Assembly (NCBI RefSeq): GCF_052425735.1
Contig: NC_135763.1
Coordinates: 22,692,001-22,756,000 of the forward strand
Direction: 5' to 3'
Source: Oculina patagonica
Taxonomy: Eukaryota
DNA length: 64,000 nucleotides
Made by a program: the position numbers and the translations under genes. Of the stretch, positions 41,055-53,289 are shown one piece after another. Under the pieces are notes generated by a model that saw nothing but the letters and a program-made list of their open reading frames with translations, did no database searches and had not been told where the DNA came from. Positions within the stretch are counted from its first letter, which is position 1. The number at the start of each line of letters is the position of its first letter.

Positions 41055-44032
41055 ATTTTTGTGGAACAATCTTGCAACAACAACAAAGTACTTACAGTTT
41101 AATTATTTCTTTGTTGGTTTCAGGCCGAACCCAAAAATGTTGTTTTGGTTCACGGAGAAGCAGGGAAGATGGATTTTTTGAAACAGCAAATTGAGAAAGA
41201 ATTTGGTAAGTTATAAAAGGGAATCAAGGCATATGATCAGTATAAAATGAGAAATAATTAATATCGCTTATTACATGTTAGGGGATTGATTAATAAAATT
41301 TGTCTTTAATATTTCTGTTGGTTAACCCATGGATCTAATTCCATCTTATGTTGTCAATCAGGTGATGATAATAAAGACAACAGTTGATGTCTTGATGAAA
41401 CAGCAAACTCTCAAAACTAACATTAAAGGAAATGTATGCTTATTAGTAAAGAGAAAGATCGGGGCTGAAAGAGAAAGAAAATTAAACTTCTCTTGGCAAT
41501 GGAGGAGTACCAAATAAAAAAAATGGTAGAAATAGTTTGTAAGTAGTTTGTAACTAAAGTAATTACTTTACTGTTTGTACCATATTCCTTTAGGCATTAA
41601 CTGCTACAAACCAGCAAATGGTGAAACAGTGTGCATGACTACCATTCCTACCATCACAGTTGACATGTCTCTAGATCTGCTGAAAAGAAAAGTAACGTCC
41701 TTAGAAAGAAAAGGTTGGTTGTTACTCATTGTGATCTCTTAATCAGAGGCATCGTTGCTGACTCTGGCCGATGTCCTGTGTTCTTTATTAAGACACTTCA
41801 CTCTCACATTGACTGGAGAGTAATCTGTGTTGGACTAGGATCCCATCTAGGAGGAGTACCAATACTCCCACATTTATGTTAAGTTTTAACGTTTAAGAAA
41901 ACGTTTCCATCACCAACCCGTATACAACATACAACGTACTCCTATGTTGCAGTAATCTGTCTGTTTGTCGAGTATCTAAACCGTATCAATGTAATATTGG
42001 AAGTGAAAAGAATAGTAAGCCCCAATCGGTCAACCAACTGAGTTTATAGCTTGTCATTTCCCAGTTTTCAACCTTTTAAAGCTTCTTGTCCACATACCAA
42101 TTCTCCTTGACATCCACATATCTTTTATTTTCTCTTTACTTGTGATCTGTGTGTTGATTAAGTATCAATTTTATGACAGTTATCATTACTGTTAATGGAG
42201 TATTTCCCAAATTTGTCAAAACACGTCTTTGTCGATTGTCTTCATAAGTAAAAAGAGTTATGCTGGAGGTCATTATTTGTTATCGATTTTCAGACACAAA
42301 AAGAGCCAAGCTTACTCCTCACAATAATCACCTACCATTGCAAGGAGTTTTAGTTATGAAAGACACGGTAAGTTTTGCGCTATTTCTTTTGATTTTGCTT
42401 TATTTGTAGCTGTTTGCTGTTCTTTGTGTAACTTTGTTTCTCGTTTGGCAGTCTGTCAGATTAATGGAACCGGCTCAAGTGATGAAGGAACTGGGACTGA
42501 CTGAGCATAAGCTTCGTTTTACGTCATCCGTTACCATGGAGACTACAATACCACATCACGCGTTTGTAGAAAGAATGCAGGCTCAGCTTGAAAGGTATGT
42601 GGTTCAACCATGAAGACCTAGGAGCAGATTGAAAAAGTTCAAACCCGAGATCAGAAACGGCGTCAACTTAAGTTTATTTACCTTTCAAACTTTCTTTCAG
42701 TTTATAGTTCTAGGCTAGAATTACTAATAACTAAGATCTTTTCGTGAACTTCTTTTGAATTTCAGACTTCTACCAAACTATTCTGTTCAGCGAATGGCGG
42801 AAGGTTGTTTGTCAGTGGATTCTGTTCTCATCAAGGTTGGTGGTTCACGAAGTTTATCAGTAAAACGTACTTTGACCGGTTACTCTTCTTGACCACTGCT
42901 GCTGTATGCAGTCTTTGCTTAACAGAAATGGTAGTCTTCACCAAATTGGTCTAAACGCCATATTATCTTTGGCTTGATGTTATTATATTTCCAATCGTTA
43001 CTATTAAGTTGATGAAAGTTTCGCTGAATCGATTGAGATTAAAAAATTGCCTTTTTGTTTTGTATTTTGGGCGAACTATCTTTCCATTCTTCATCAATTT
43101 CAAAAACTTCTTTGTTATTTTTTGATTTAATTCAATAGATGGAGGTCCCCCAACTAGTTTAGCTTAAAAGTTATTTTGGATGACCTGTTACTGTCTTTAT
43201 TTTTTAATTTATATAATGTATCTTTAGGTTTTTGTATCTTTAGTACAGTACAAAATAAACGTTGTTGTTGTTCCAGATATCACCAAGCAGTGATGAAGTA
43301 AGTGATGGTGGTTCAAGCTGTACGGCGCTTGTTTCCTGGACACTACAGGTGATGATAACAGTAAGATTACACCACCAAACTACTAAAATCTTCACCTCAA
43401 CTCATCTTTTTACAACGTCTCGACTGACTTATTGTTTTTGATCTGTTTCATAATAATCATATGTTTGACGAAACTGAAAACACTTGAGCACGCGGTATGC
43501 AAGTAGAGTGTATTGGAAACTTGATAAAAAAACATTTGGAAGTTCCGCGTAGAATTTGAATATATATTTCTACGACAAAGTCCTCTTGAAAAAACTTATC
43601 TGTTAACCCAGCAGTGATGGCTCAATACTTACTAAGCGATCACCTACCTATACCCAAAGGACGATCGCTTAATACAGGCTTGGATGTCTGATATATTGCT
43701 GATGACACGAAGCCAAGACCTCGGCAACACGTGTTGCCAGCAGATCTTCATTCATGCATGTCTCAGTTTGCAGATGAGGTGTTTCTTAAATGCTCATGTA
43801 AATCAAACTCTTTCTATATGAAAAAAAAAAAACTGAGGCAAAAACTCAATTAAGAAATGAAGGATTGTAACATTTAATTCTGTTACGAAACGTTTTGCTC
43901 CCAAAAACTGTATAAAAGTAATTTCCATTGTGCTTTCATTTTCAGGAAGAAGAATTAGGAAGTCACGTGCTCTCTTTGCTACGTGATCGAATAGCCGGGC
44001 CTTTGATTCCGCTCGGAGAGCCTGGGAGCTGA
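27997..44032 (+). CDS. INTS11: Integrator complex subunit 11 (CPSF3L), 25 coding exons
   Basis: Exons 27997-28024, 30763-30774, 31319-31404, 32025-32098, 33448-33559, 33786-33845, 35608-35664, 35883-35981, 36641-36675, 37121-37201, 37834-37891, 38015-38079, 38441-38495, 38721-38816, 39200-39238, 39875-39958, 40244-40333, 40688-40768, 41124-41205, 41594-41713, 42294-42367, 42452-42594, 42766-42835, 43277-43348, 43946-44032. [65 protein letters not shown] identify a metallo-beta-lactamase/beta-CASP INTS11. Confidence 0.95.
28139..28422. mobile_element. MITE (nested)
   Basis: TIRs atgcacctatcaatggtttgcccca / tggggcaaaccattgataggtgcat. Confidence 0.85.
28755..28919. mobile_element. Palindromic MITE; family also at about 39647-39807 and partially at about 37676-37795
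   Basis: tgttgtggttcaattttat...ttcaaaccagcttga / tcaaactggtttc...ataaaattaaaccacaaca. Confidence 0.7.
30880..31135 (+). mobile_element. tRNA-derived SINE; partial relatives near 35710-35800 and 41750-41870
   Basis: tRNA-like head (tggtcagtatgctggactc...ggttcaagccc B-box), then cttgggcaagacact...ccaggtgtataaatgggta core and gggggtaaccctgcaatggactag body. Confidence 0.7.
32210..33055 (+). mobile_element. 5'-truncated CR1/L2-group LINE in INTS11 intron 4
   Basis: RT C-terminus [37 protein letters not shown] open to 32854; 3' UTR, AATAAA at 33001 and a (tta)n tail. Confidence 0.85.
36327..36612. mobile_element. MITE just upstream of INTS11 exon 9
   Basis: TIRs tagagcagttttcaattgagtgtcg / cgacactcaagtgaaaaccgctcta. 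Confidence 0.85.
37435..37673. mobile_element. Tc1/mariner-like MITE with TA TSD
   Basis: ta-cagtgtgaggcgccttactgtggccacccaac ... gttgggtggccatggtaagacgtgtcgcactg-ta. Confidence 0.75.
41009..41051 (+). repeat. (TTTA)n microsatellite
   Basis: About ten tandem ttta units. Confidence 0.9.
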
Positions 44033-45003
44033 TGAATTTTCAACGAAAAGCACTTGTAAAAAGAAATTCATCGTGCGAGACCGACCATACGAAGATGAAA
44101 TGTCAAGATAGCTTACTGTACCTCTCTTCTGTAGCCATCGGACGTTTGAACTGTTGTTATGTAGTGTAATGTTTCTTGAGAAGCATGAAAAGTAAAGGAG
44201 TTATGACCAGTTATTCTTGGGAGTGACAAACGGCTTTCAGTGACAGTCGATAGACAAGACAGTTTGTACATTATTGTACATTTGTTGTATTATACTCACT
44301 CCAGGTTTGCAGAAAGGTTATCCTCTTTACAGTAAAACAATTATAATATCAAAAGCCCAAGATAGTAACTTGCGTCAAATTGTGACACCGCTTGGCCAGA
44401 CTGACTATTTTGTAAATACCTTGTGTCCGCTCTGGTGCAGCTCAAATTTCTGGTGCTCTTCATTTTAGTATAGCCACGCACACATCAATAATCAGGACGA
44501 AAAACTGTACTTTGATTTTTTTAAGATTTGGGAGCCCGTTTGGCCACCCGGCTCAAATCTGACGCAAGCTCGCACGTCAAAGTTAGCGCCGACTAGGATT
44601 CCTTCTGGTCAGGACGGTTTACATTTGAGTTGCTTCGAATAAAACCTATTTTCTGTCAAGACGCTGGCCTTCCTATGTTCTTCTATTTCGCGTTTTTCTT
44701 GTACCGTTTCTGTAGTTTTGCCGATTCAGATTCTGATTTTAGTCAAATTTTCCAAGGGAATCATATCAAACAAACTTACCCACCCGCATCAGTAAACTGT
44801 TCAGGAGTTTGGTGTAGTCATTATGTGGTTACGTTTCGATAAGTTGTTCTTCACATTGTCGTACTGTTCAGCGCCGAAGGTGAACACATGCTCACCCTGG
44901 ATTATAAGAAAACAGTTATGATATGTGTACATGTGTCTACTGCTTGGAACAAGCTGTTTAGTTGGTGGTACATATAAGAGCGACATATTTTCGTGTGCCT
45001 TTA

Positions 45004-45575
45004 GGGCCTATTTATATGGAGGGGAGTTGTCCCTGGTAGGAGGGTTACCCTCTCCCCCGAGCCATCTTTTGCCGAGCGTTTAGATGAGAAAGTTGTCCCT
45101 GTTGACCGAGCCAAAACTTGGCCCTCTCGGTTCAAAAGACTGGCGAGAGTTGTTTTGAAACATCTATTATGGCTGCTTTTTCCAAAATCAGGAACGCTGA
45201 ATCGTCAACCAACACCATTTTTTGGACTAATTTACCGCCGACTTCCATTTCAATTTATCTGCAATTTTGTTTTTGCTGATTTTAGCGTTTGCGCATGCTC
45301 CGTATGTGTCAACTTGTCCCTGGTAGGCGAGGCAAAAATAACCAAACTGTTTATATGGGAAAAAGTTGGCTCGCTCCCCAGGGTCACCCTACCTTCAAAG
45401 CGAGTGACCCTCCACCCAGGGTCACCCTGTCCCCCGAGCCAACTTTGCAATTTCTCATATAAACGGCTCGCAGCTATTTATAAAGAAACGTATGAAAAGC
45501 TCTCTCGCCCGGGGTGGCTCGGTATAGAGGGTAACCCTCCTACCAGGGACAACTCTCCTCCATGTAAACAGGCCC
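45004..45575. mobile_element. PIF/Harbinger-like MITE with TTA TSD
   Basis: tta-gggcctatttatatggagg..gttgtccctggtaggagggttaccctct ... agagggtaaccctcctaccagggacaac..ccatgtaaacaggccc-tta. Confidence 0.85.
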
Positions 45576-46164
45576 TTAGTAACTTGACATATTTAGGTGA
45601 TAATTTGAGCATCCACCTGTGACATTGCCACTGAGATAGTGAGTGTGTAATAATAATGATATTCATGTTTGTAATTTACATCAACATAACATAATGTCCA
45701 TATCTAAATAGTTATAAATAGCTATCAAGAAAACAACGAGTTAGAAAATTAAAGAACCTATTGTAGATTCCCACAAGTGAATTTCCATGCATCTTCACTT
45801 TCTTCATTATGGAACTTCTCCTTCTACGTTACAAGCTGATCTTTTTGCAGTTTTCTTTGCTTCTTTGTGTTAGTGGTCCATTATTTTTACCCGGTTACGT
45901 GCAGTTACCAGTTGTCTTTGGCAAACTTCTCAAAAGGTAAAAAACGAATGAAAAAAAAAACGAATGAAACGTTTTCTCAATTCCTATGTTATTGACATAA
46001 TTTTGCTGGTGATAATTAATTAGAAAATTAATACAAAAGGCTTACTACTGACTTTCAAGCTTTTCTTCAACAAATCAAGAAGAAAACAGAAGCATCCATA
46101 GCATTGAATGAAAGATTAACATTACTTCGCCTTTCAATCATCCCGACAAAAACAACTGGTGGAA

Positions 46165-47040
46165 ATGTTCTTCAATTCGACAGATATTATGACTGAACGA
46201 GACCTAAATTACAAGATCGCTATCTGCGTTATCCAGGTTATTCTCTGCTTCACGGCTTCACGGCTTCACGGCACTGCTCGGAAACTCGGCGATTCTAATA
46301 ACATTATGGAAGACATCATCTTTGCATACATCAGCAAATATCTTGCTGATAAGTTTGGCTGTATCAGATCTTGCTGTTGGATTGGTTAGCCATCCCCTGC
46401 TTATAGCATGCTTATAGCAAACATGCTAAGCGGAGACCCCACTGTGGAATTGCTTCTACTTATTTTGGGTCCCTTCTTGAGTATCGCATCTTTCGTTACC
46501 GTTACAGCAATTGGTGTCGATCGCTTGCTTGCTCTTCAATTGCATCTGAGGTATAAAACAGATGTAACACCGTTTCGTGTTACATTGGGAGTTGTTTTCA
46601 TTTGGGTCTTTGCTGGTGTTTTTGCAAGCATGGAACTGTGGATTTTCAAATTATCTAGCATAATCTCGTCTATCGTAGTTGTTAGCTTGTTGGTTGGAAA
46701 CTTTATTGTTTATTTGAAAATATACCTTATTATGCACCGACATCAAACACAGATTCAACGGCAGCAGCAACAACAACCCGCGAACAATAAAAACATTTTT
46801 AGCGTAAAAAGATTCAAGAAAACTGCTTTAAACACGTTTCTCGTGTTTATTTTAATTGTCTGCTGCTACATGCCACAAACCGTTGTAGTACAAATGGCTG
46901 TAGCAGGTGTAAGCATTGCGCCAAGAGTTTATAACATAACGATTACATTAATTGGCCTTAATTCTTCTCTAAACCCTTTACTGTACTGTTGGCGAGATCG
47001 AGAGATCCGCACAGCCATGAGGCAACTGTTTTGCTGTTGA
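46165..47040 (+). pseudogene. Intronless class A (rhodopsin-like) GPCR disrupted by two microduplications
   Basis: TM1 LLGN and TM2 SLAVSDL (shifted frame), TM3 AIGVDRLLAL, TM6 CCYMP, TM7 NSSLNPLLYCWR. (cttcacgg)x3 at 46248-46271 and (tgcttatagca)x2 at 46398-46419; TAG stop at 46387. Confidence 0.8.
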
Positions 47041-47838
47041 TTATATTACACAAACTCCGTTCGAAATATATGAGAAAACATCAGGTAGAATCCCACTTAC
47101 TGTGCTACGAACCACTCTTTAACACATCTTGAAAAAAAAGAAAATATAAGTTTACCTCCCTTGTGTAAGAAAATGTCACACATGACTTAATACCACAACT
47201 CCCTGCGATCGTATAATAGACCACTGGCATGTGAGCTTTTCATCTTTTTCCTTGTGCTACGGACCGCAACAGGTAAGTGGGATTTAATCGCATAGTTTTG
47301 AAAGGATTTTTAACTTTGAAGGATGTTTTTGAGCCCGTACAGAATGTAGTACTTTTCTTTTTATTTTCATGCTACCCATCAGGACGAAGATTTTTTGTAC
47401 AAAGCCGACCAGCACAACTGCCTACATAGCCCAGCAACTTGTTTCTTGTTTTTTTTTTTTTCTCATAGTGGGCATTCTAACACTAATATAACAGAGAGGC
47501 TGTCATGAGTGATTCATGTTCTTCAACTTTTGTTTATTTTTTCTGTTGCCAATTTTCATAAATTAAATTTGTTTTAATGAAGAAGAATTTGGTGAACACC
47601 AATCGAGGAAGACGTGTCAATGTTTCATTCTTTAGGCAAGGCAGTGTTATTGCAAGTCGCTTACAAGCTAAGCATCAGTTATATGATATAAACTAAGCCG
47701 TTCAGCTTTTAGCTCGAACAAAGTAGTCAACTTTCCTTCTTGCAGTACATACATGTATTCACATAAGGTGGCCAAGGGGAAAGATACCAATCCATTCTTT
47801 CATCCACTGAGAAGTTTGATATTAATTTAAATATCTCG

Positions 47839-48079
47839 TGGTGGTTGGTGGAAATCAGGACCTTAATTACATTTGTGTAACAGAACAAAAAATCAAAGTA
47901 CAAATTGCTGTAATAAAACTGTAACTCCACAAGGAAGTATACAGTACGTCAAATAAATGGTGGTTGGTGGAAATCAGGACCTTAATTACATTTGTGTGTA
48001 ACAGAACAAAAAATCAAAGTACAAATTGCTGTAATAAAACTGTAACTCTACAAGGAAGGATACAGTACGTCAAGTAAAT
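47839..48079. repeat. Two-copy tandem duplication of about 120 bp downstream of CYP-A
   Basis: tggtggttggtggaaatcaggacc...cagtacgtcaa starts at 47839 and 47958. Confidence 0.9.
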
Positions 48080-48253
48080 CAGTGATTTATGATCTAGACT
48101 TGACTATTTGAACAGTTGATCGACGTTGATGACAAAACGGTTTGGAAGCAAAACAAAGAGCTGTCATTACTCATTCAAGGCACACTTATTAGCTCCTGGA
48201 AACAGTGACTCATTACAAACATTTTTTCCAAACTCGTTCTTTTTTTTCAATGT

Positions 48254-49870
48254 TCACAGTTTTCTGTCCACAAACTTCGCTCTCACTGGTCTGTCGGGAA
48301 TGGTGATTCCTCTGATAAATGGTTGGACCATTTCAGCATCAGGAGGATACTGAATTTCAAACTGCTGCACGATTCTGGCCAATAGAAGATGAAGCTCCAA
48401 CTCGGCGACACGGCGGCCAATGCACATCCGGGTTCCAAACCCAAACGGAATGGAAGCAAACACCTCTTTGGCTTGATTAAACTTGTTGCTTTGTTCGCGA
48501 AGCCATCTCTCTGGTTTGAATTCTTCGGGATCGGGAAATACATCTTCGTCGTGACTCATAAAATAAACAAGGAAGTCGAGCTGAGTGCCGGCAGGAATAT
48601 GGTATCCACTTAAGATCAGATCCTCACTCGCTATTCGACCAAATATCGATAGCACCGGGTATAGCCGAAGGGTTTCTCTCACCCAAGCTTTGAGGTAAGG
48701 CATCTGAGCGATTGTGGCAGGCGATGCTTGGTTTTGGTCTCCTAGAACAGACAAAACTTCTTGTCGTAGAATTTCTTGTTTATCTGGATTTTTTGCCATC
48801 ATGTACAATACCCACTGCATTGTGTTGGAAGTTGTGTCAACTCCAGCAAACAGAACATCAATCACACTTCCTAGCAGGTCATCTTTGGAAAGTTTTCCAC
48901 TCGAGAGAAGAAACTCAAAAAAGCTCATCTTCTTTTCACTTTCCCTTCCAGTGTGTTGCATCTGTTCCTGTTCTTCTATTTCTTTAATTCTTCGTTGAAT
49001 AAACATTTCGGCGTATTCGTACATCGTATCAAAGCTGTCAAACATCTTCTTGACTTGTTTCGGTTTGTAAATCTTGATCAACCAGATGGGATAAAGATTG
49101 GTTCCCATCATTTCTTCAAGGAACACGTTAATAGCCTGAATAAATGTTTGTGCCTCTTTGTTTACTTCTGGCTCCAGGCACCCGAATCTTTTGTCAAACA
49201 ACATCTCTGCAACAGATTCGAACGACCATTTGAAGAGCTCGTTGTCGAGCCCCTGAACTTCGTATTCCTTCTCTGATCCCGGCGGTTCACGAATGTTTTT
49301 CACTCTTTCGATGAAATCTGTAACAATTTCATTAAACGGAACAGCGTAGTCAGCGACTTCTTTAGGTCGAAGCATGCGTTTGCTGATTACACTTCGGTAA
49401 TTGTACCATTCTGTGCCATTGGCGAAGAACACACCAGGTTCTTTTCCCCGAGTTTCTCTATAGTAATCAAAAATAGGAATGTTGAACCGTCTGGGATGTT
49501 TTGGCTCATTTCTCAGCACCGTGGCAACATCTAAAGGATCGGCGAGACTGACGGACTTCATGCCGGGAAAATCCATTAGGAAGATTCGGCCATACTTTTC
49601 GATGCTATCGGCTTGTAGCGACAGTAATCGTTTTCCCAGCGGTTCTCCTCTTTCTCCTAGAAACGCCGTCCACGAGGCTTTTATGAGTGGAAGACTTAAC
49701 GGCCCTGGAAGATCGGTAAACTTTTTGATAGCTTCATCTGTGTTTTGCTCATTTGCATTTGAAGCAACAGTATTCAGCATCGAAATTTTCGTTGTACGCG
49801 GCAAGAAAACATTCTTGTTGAGGCACGAAAAGGAGGCAGCAGTCAGCCTGAATCGTCCTACATACGCCAT
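48254..49870 (-). CDS. Cytochrome P450, mitochondrial clan (CYP24/CYP27-like), intronless; CYP-A
   Basis: Likely start MAYVGRFRL (Arg/Ser-rich targeting peptide), LPGP, I-helix AGVDTT, K-helix ETLR, PERW, heme FGFGTRMCIG; 538 aa. Confidence 0.92.
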   Translation of the reverse strand: MAYVGRFRLTAASFSCLNKNVFLPRTTKISMLNTVASNANEQNTDEAIKKFTDLPGPLSLPLIKASWTAFLGERGEPLGKRLLSLQADSIEKYGRIFLMDFPGMKSVSLADPLDVATVLRNEPKHPRRFNIPIFDYYRETRGKEPGVFFANGTEWYNYRSVISKRMLRPKEVADYAVPFNEIVTDFIERVKNIREPPGSEKEYEVQGLDNELFKWSFESVAEMLFDKRFGCLEPEVNKEAQTFIQAINVFLEEMMGTNLYPIWLIKIYKPKQVKKMFDSFDTMYEYAEMFIQRRIKEIEEQEQMQHTGRESEKKMSFFEFLLSSGKLSKDDLLGSVIDVLFAGVDTTSNTMQWVLYMMAKNPDKQEILRQEVLSVLGDQNQASPATIAQMPYLKAWVRETLRLYPVLSIFGRIASEDLILSGYHIPAGTQLDFLVYFMSHDEDVFPDPEEFKPERWLREQSNKFNQAKEVFASIPFGFGTRMCIGRRVAELELHLLLARIVQQFEIQYPPDAEMVQPFIRGITIPDRPVRAKFVDRKL

Positions 49871-50313
49871 TTGTTCATCTACTGGGAACGTAAGCCGAAG
49901 AAACTTAAGTTTACTGAAAGGAATCAGTAGTGTAAAGGGCTTCGATAATCGACTCACAGTGTACTCGCTGATAAATTTATGATTAAGGTCAGCTCTGATC
50001 ATATGACCGTAAAATCCGGCCACAAATATATCACGCAACACAGAGATACCGTAATAGACTTGTTACAAGCCGGGGTTTTCAATGTAAACGTAAACGTAAG
50101 CTATATATAAACTTCGATTTGTCTGCTTCCATAACCCGGGATTTCTAACACAATCTTACTATATATTTTTTGCTTTCCAGACTCGTTCAAATTTACTTTG
50201 CAATGCCGAACAGAACCTTTATTTATAGCGACATGGACGCCAATTGAAATTGTTCTTGAAACACAGGCTTTGTCATTTGTTTCAGCAACCAATCGTATCT
50301 CTGGTTGGTACAA

Positions 50314-53101
50314 CAACAACAACAACAACAATTTATTGAGGTATTTCCATAAAAATACATGGCATTACCTACTTACACTTGAGAAATTACAAGTAGTATC
50401 AGAAATAAAACAAAAATGCGATTTTATCATTTGGAAAATAAAGTTTCATGTCTAAGAGACATAGCTTGAAAAACAAAAGCAGCAGTTGATCGACAAACAG
50501 CAGGATCAATGCTGTTACAAAGAAATAAAGATTTTGCATTAATATCAAACTCGTTAAAAATACTATATTTGGCGGTTATTTCATTAAAGAACTTTAAACG
50601 TATGTTTTCGTATAGCTTGCATGAAAATAAGAAATGCATTTCGTTTTCAATTTCATCCGAATGGCAGAAAGAACAGATTCTCAAATTAATAGGAGTCTTG
50701 GGTATTGTGTGTCTACCAGTTTCGATACGTAATTTGTGATTCCCAAGTCGAAATTTGCTAATGGCAGTTCTGTGGTGAGGATTGTTGATTGCGTCCAGAA
50801 AACTAGATTTTTTGGTATCTTTTTTAAATGAATGATAAAATTGTAATTTTCTGTTTGTGCTAATTAGTTTTAGTTGATGAGCTATTAACGCTTTGCTAAT
50901 GTTTTGCTTAATGTAAGAAGTAAAGAGTTTTCCGTTGTTTTCATTTAATATTAAAGAGCTCGAGTTGTATTTATTGCATAACTGATTCATTTTAAGCATT
51001 AGACCTGTCTGGGTTTTATCAGCCATCTCCTTAGAAAGCTGTAGACATTGCTTAGCGATGTTATTTTCTGGTAAGCTCTGAAGATGAATCCAAAATTTTA
51101 CTATGGAGGTTTCGATGGCTAATTTTAGAGGAAGCCTTCCAAGTTCATTTCTGGTTGCAACATTTGGGCATTGTTTATTCACTCCTAATAATTGTTTGCA
51201 AAAATATATGTGTGTTTTTTCGATGTCATCTTTCTCCCAATTGTTGAAATCATCTTTATCGTAGATACCCCACACTTCTGAGCCGTACAGTAAAATAGGG
51301 AGAAAGAGAGAATCAAAGAGTTTATTTGTGACACTAAGGGACAATTTTGAAAAATCCAAGTAACGGCGAGTAGCAAAGATGGATCTTCTTGTTTTATCTT
51401 TTAAGTTTGATTTACAGTCTCTAAAGCTTCCGTTTGCAGAAAAATTTATACCAAGATAAGTGTAATTGTTGACAATTTCAATTTTGTCATTGTTTATATG
51501 AAAATAATGTTTGTCGAGTAAAGATTTCCTGCATTTCTTTTGGAAGATGACAACTTTCGTTTTCTTTGGATTAACGGACAGCAGCCAATCGTTACAGTAT
51601 TTTTCAAGAATGGAAAGTGCCTTCTGCAGACCTTTAGCTGAGTGAGAGATTAATACTAAGTCGTCTGCGTAAAGTAAACAGTTTAAATTGGAGCCGTTAG
51701 GTAGAGCGATAGGATCTGTGTCTTCTCGGTCTAGTAAAAAAGGGATTTCATTTAAGTATAAATTAAATAACATGGGCGACAGAATGCAGCCTTGACGTAC
51801 ACCTTTCTGATAATCGAAAAATTCAGTCCTTTGGTCACCATACTTAACAGAACATATAGTTTTTGAGTAAAGATTTTTAATCAAATCATAGAAATTTCCA
51901 CCAATCTTATAATGTAAAAGTTTGTAGAATAGTCCATCATGCCAAACCGAATCAAAAGCTTTCTTGAAGTCAATAAAACAAGTGTACAGTTTGCCTCTTG
52001 CTGTATGACTAACATATTTATCCACTAATGTTCTTAGGGTAAAAATATGATCTGATGTGCGATGATTAGGTAAAAAACCGATTTGAGCTTGATGTAATAT
52101 GTTTTGTTGAAGTACATGATTTTTCAACCTGGCATTGAGGACCGAGGTAAAAAGTTTTCCGAGACAGCTACTAATGCATATTCCCCTGTAGTTAGAAGGG
52201 TCGTTTTTATTTCCCGATTTATAAATTGGTGTAATTAATCCTTCGCACCAAGTCATAATCCTCTTCGCGCCTAGGAGGCACATAAGGCTGAGACCAGAGA
52301 TTTCCATTGCTCCCTTTCCATGGCTACCTTCTCAAGTTCTTTCCACGTCTTCCCTGCTGTTTTCATTTCTGCCTCGATCGTCCTCCTCCAAGTCTCCCGT
52401 GGACGTCCTTTCTTCCTTCTTCCACTATCCGGTGTCCATCTTAATGCAGTTCGTGTTATGCTATCTCGGCCTTTCCTGATAACATGCCCTAGCCACCTCC
52501 ATCTTCTTTGCTTTATTACCATGGCGATGTCCCGTTGTCCTGTCCTTTGATAGAGTTCCTTGTTTGTGATCTTCTGGGGCCAGTATATCCTGCATATCTT
52601 TCTCAGGCATGAAGTGTGGAAACCTGAGAGTCTCTGGCTGTCTCTTTGGGTAACCCTCCAGCATTCTGCACCATACAGTAGCACTGACAAGACATTGCTG
52701 TTATAGATCTTTATCTTGGTTTTTTCACTGATGTTTGGTGACCTCCATACTTTATTCAGTTGGACAAATGATGATTTGGCCTTCTGAAGACGGCTGGTAA
52801 TGTCCTTAACCGTGGCATTGCTTTTGCTCATAACACTTCCCAGGTAAGTAAATTCCTCTACTTCCTCCAAATCTTCATTCTCCAACTCCACTGGTAATGG
52901 TGTATCTGTTCGCAAGTGCTAGGAAAGAAACCGCTTTTCAGAATAAGATTAAATAATTTGCAAAGGGCAGTGATAAAATATTGCATTCCAGCTTTTAGCA
53001 TTTCATTGCGAATCTTGTCAGGACCAGGGACTTTCTTTGATCGAAGTAATTTTGTCATAGATTCTATTTCAGCAGGTGTAATAATTGTATCTAAATAATT
53101 G
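50314..53101 (-). mobile_element. 5'-truncated L2/CR1-group LINE with open RT region, interrupted by an RTE insertion
   Basis: RT motifs PGPDKI, NYRGI, DFKKAFDSV, GVRQGCILSP, LLYADD, YTYLG; (ttg)n tail at about 50311-50331; TSD-like tggttggtacaa / tgggtggtacaa. Confidence 0.88.
52254..52912 (-). mobile_element. 5'-truncated RTE-type LINE nested in the LINE above
   Basis: EEFTYLGSV..LLYGAECW..RWRWLGHVIR..GRPRETWRRT; caagt duplicated at 52249-52253 and 52913-52917. Removal restores FPSTWCEGLI in the host element. Confidence 0.88.
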
Positions 53102-53152
53102 TGGGTGGTACAATAGTAACATTAGGTGACGTAACACAAAGTACTGACAATA

Positions 53153-53289
53153 CTGCCTCGTACCCAGGCGCCGCGAGAGCTTTTGGCGAAGCACGGAAAG
53201 GGTCAAGGGAAGGCGTGATCGCTTCTTTCGCCCTTCCCATGATCCCTTGCGATTTCCGTATAAAGCGGTAGCGCCTGGGTACGAGGCAG
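53153..53289. mobile_element. Short MITE with 9-bp TSD (Mutator-like)
   Basis: ctgacaata-ctgcctcgtacccaggcgc ... gcgcctgggtacgaggcag-ctgacaata. Confidence 0.85.

Noticed and set aside
45155-45622. 155-aa ORF
   Set aside because: Lies mostly within a Harbinger-like MITE and has no protein motifs.
49479-49982. 167-aa plus-strand ORF and other ORFs antisense to the CYPs, Kv and CPTP
   Set aside because: Shadow ORFs of real coding sequences with no recognisable motifs.
49871-50041. 57-aa N-terminal extension of CYP-A in the ORF track
   Set aside because: It starts at a non-ATG codon. The ATG at 49870 gives a length and targeting peptide matching CYP-B.
50427-52307. 626-aa ORF as a domesticated RT gene
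   Set aside because: Its start lies inside the nested RTE fragment; it is a chance fusion within a truncated LINE that has a tail and TSD.
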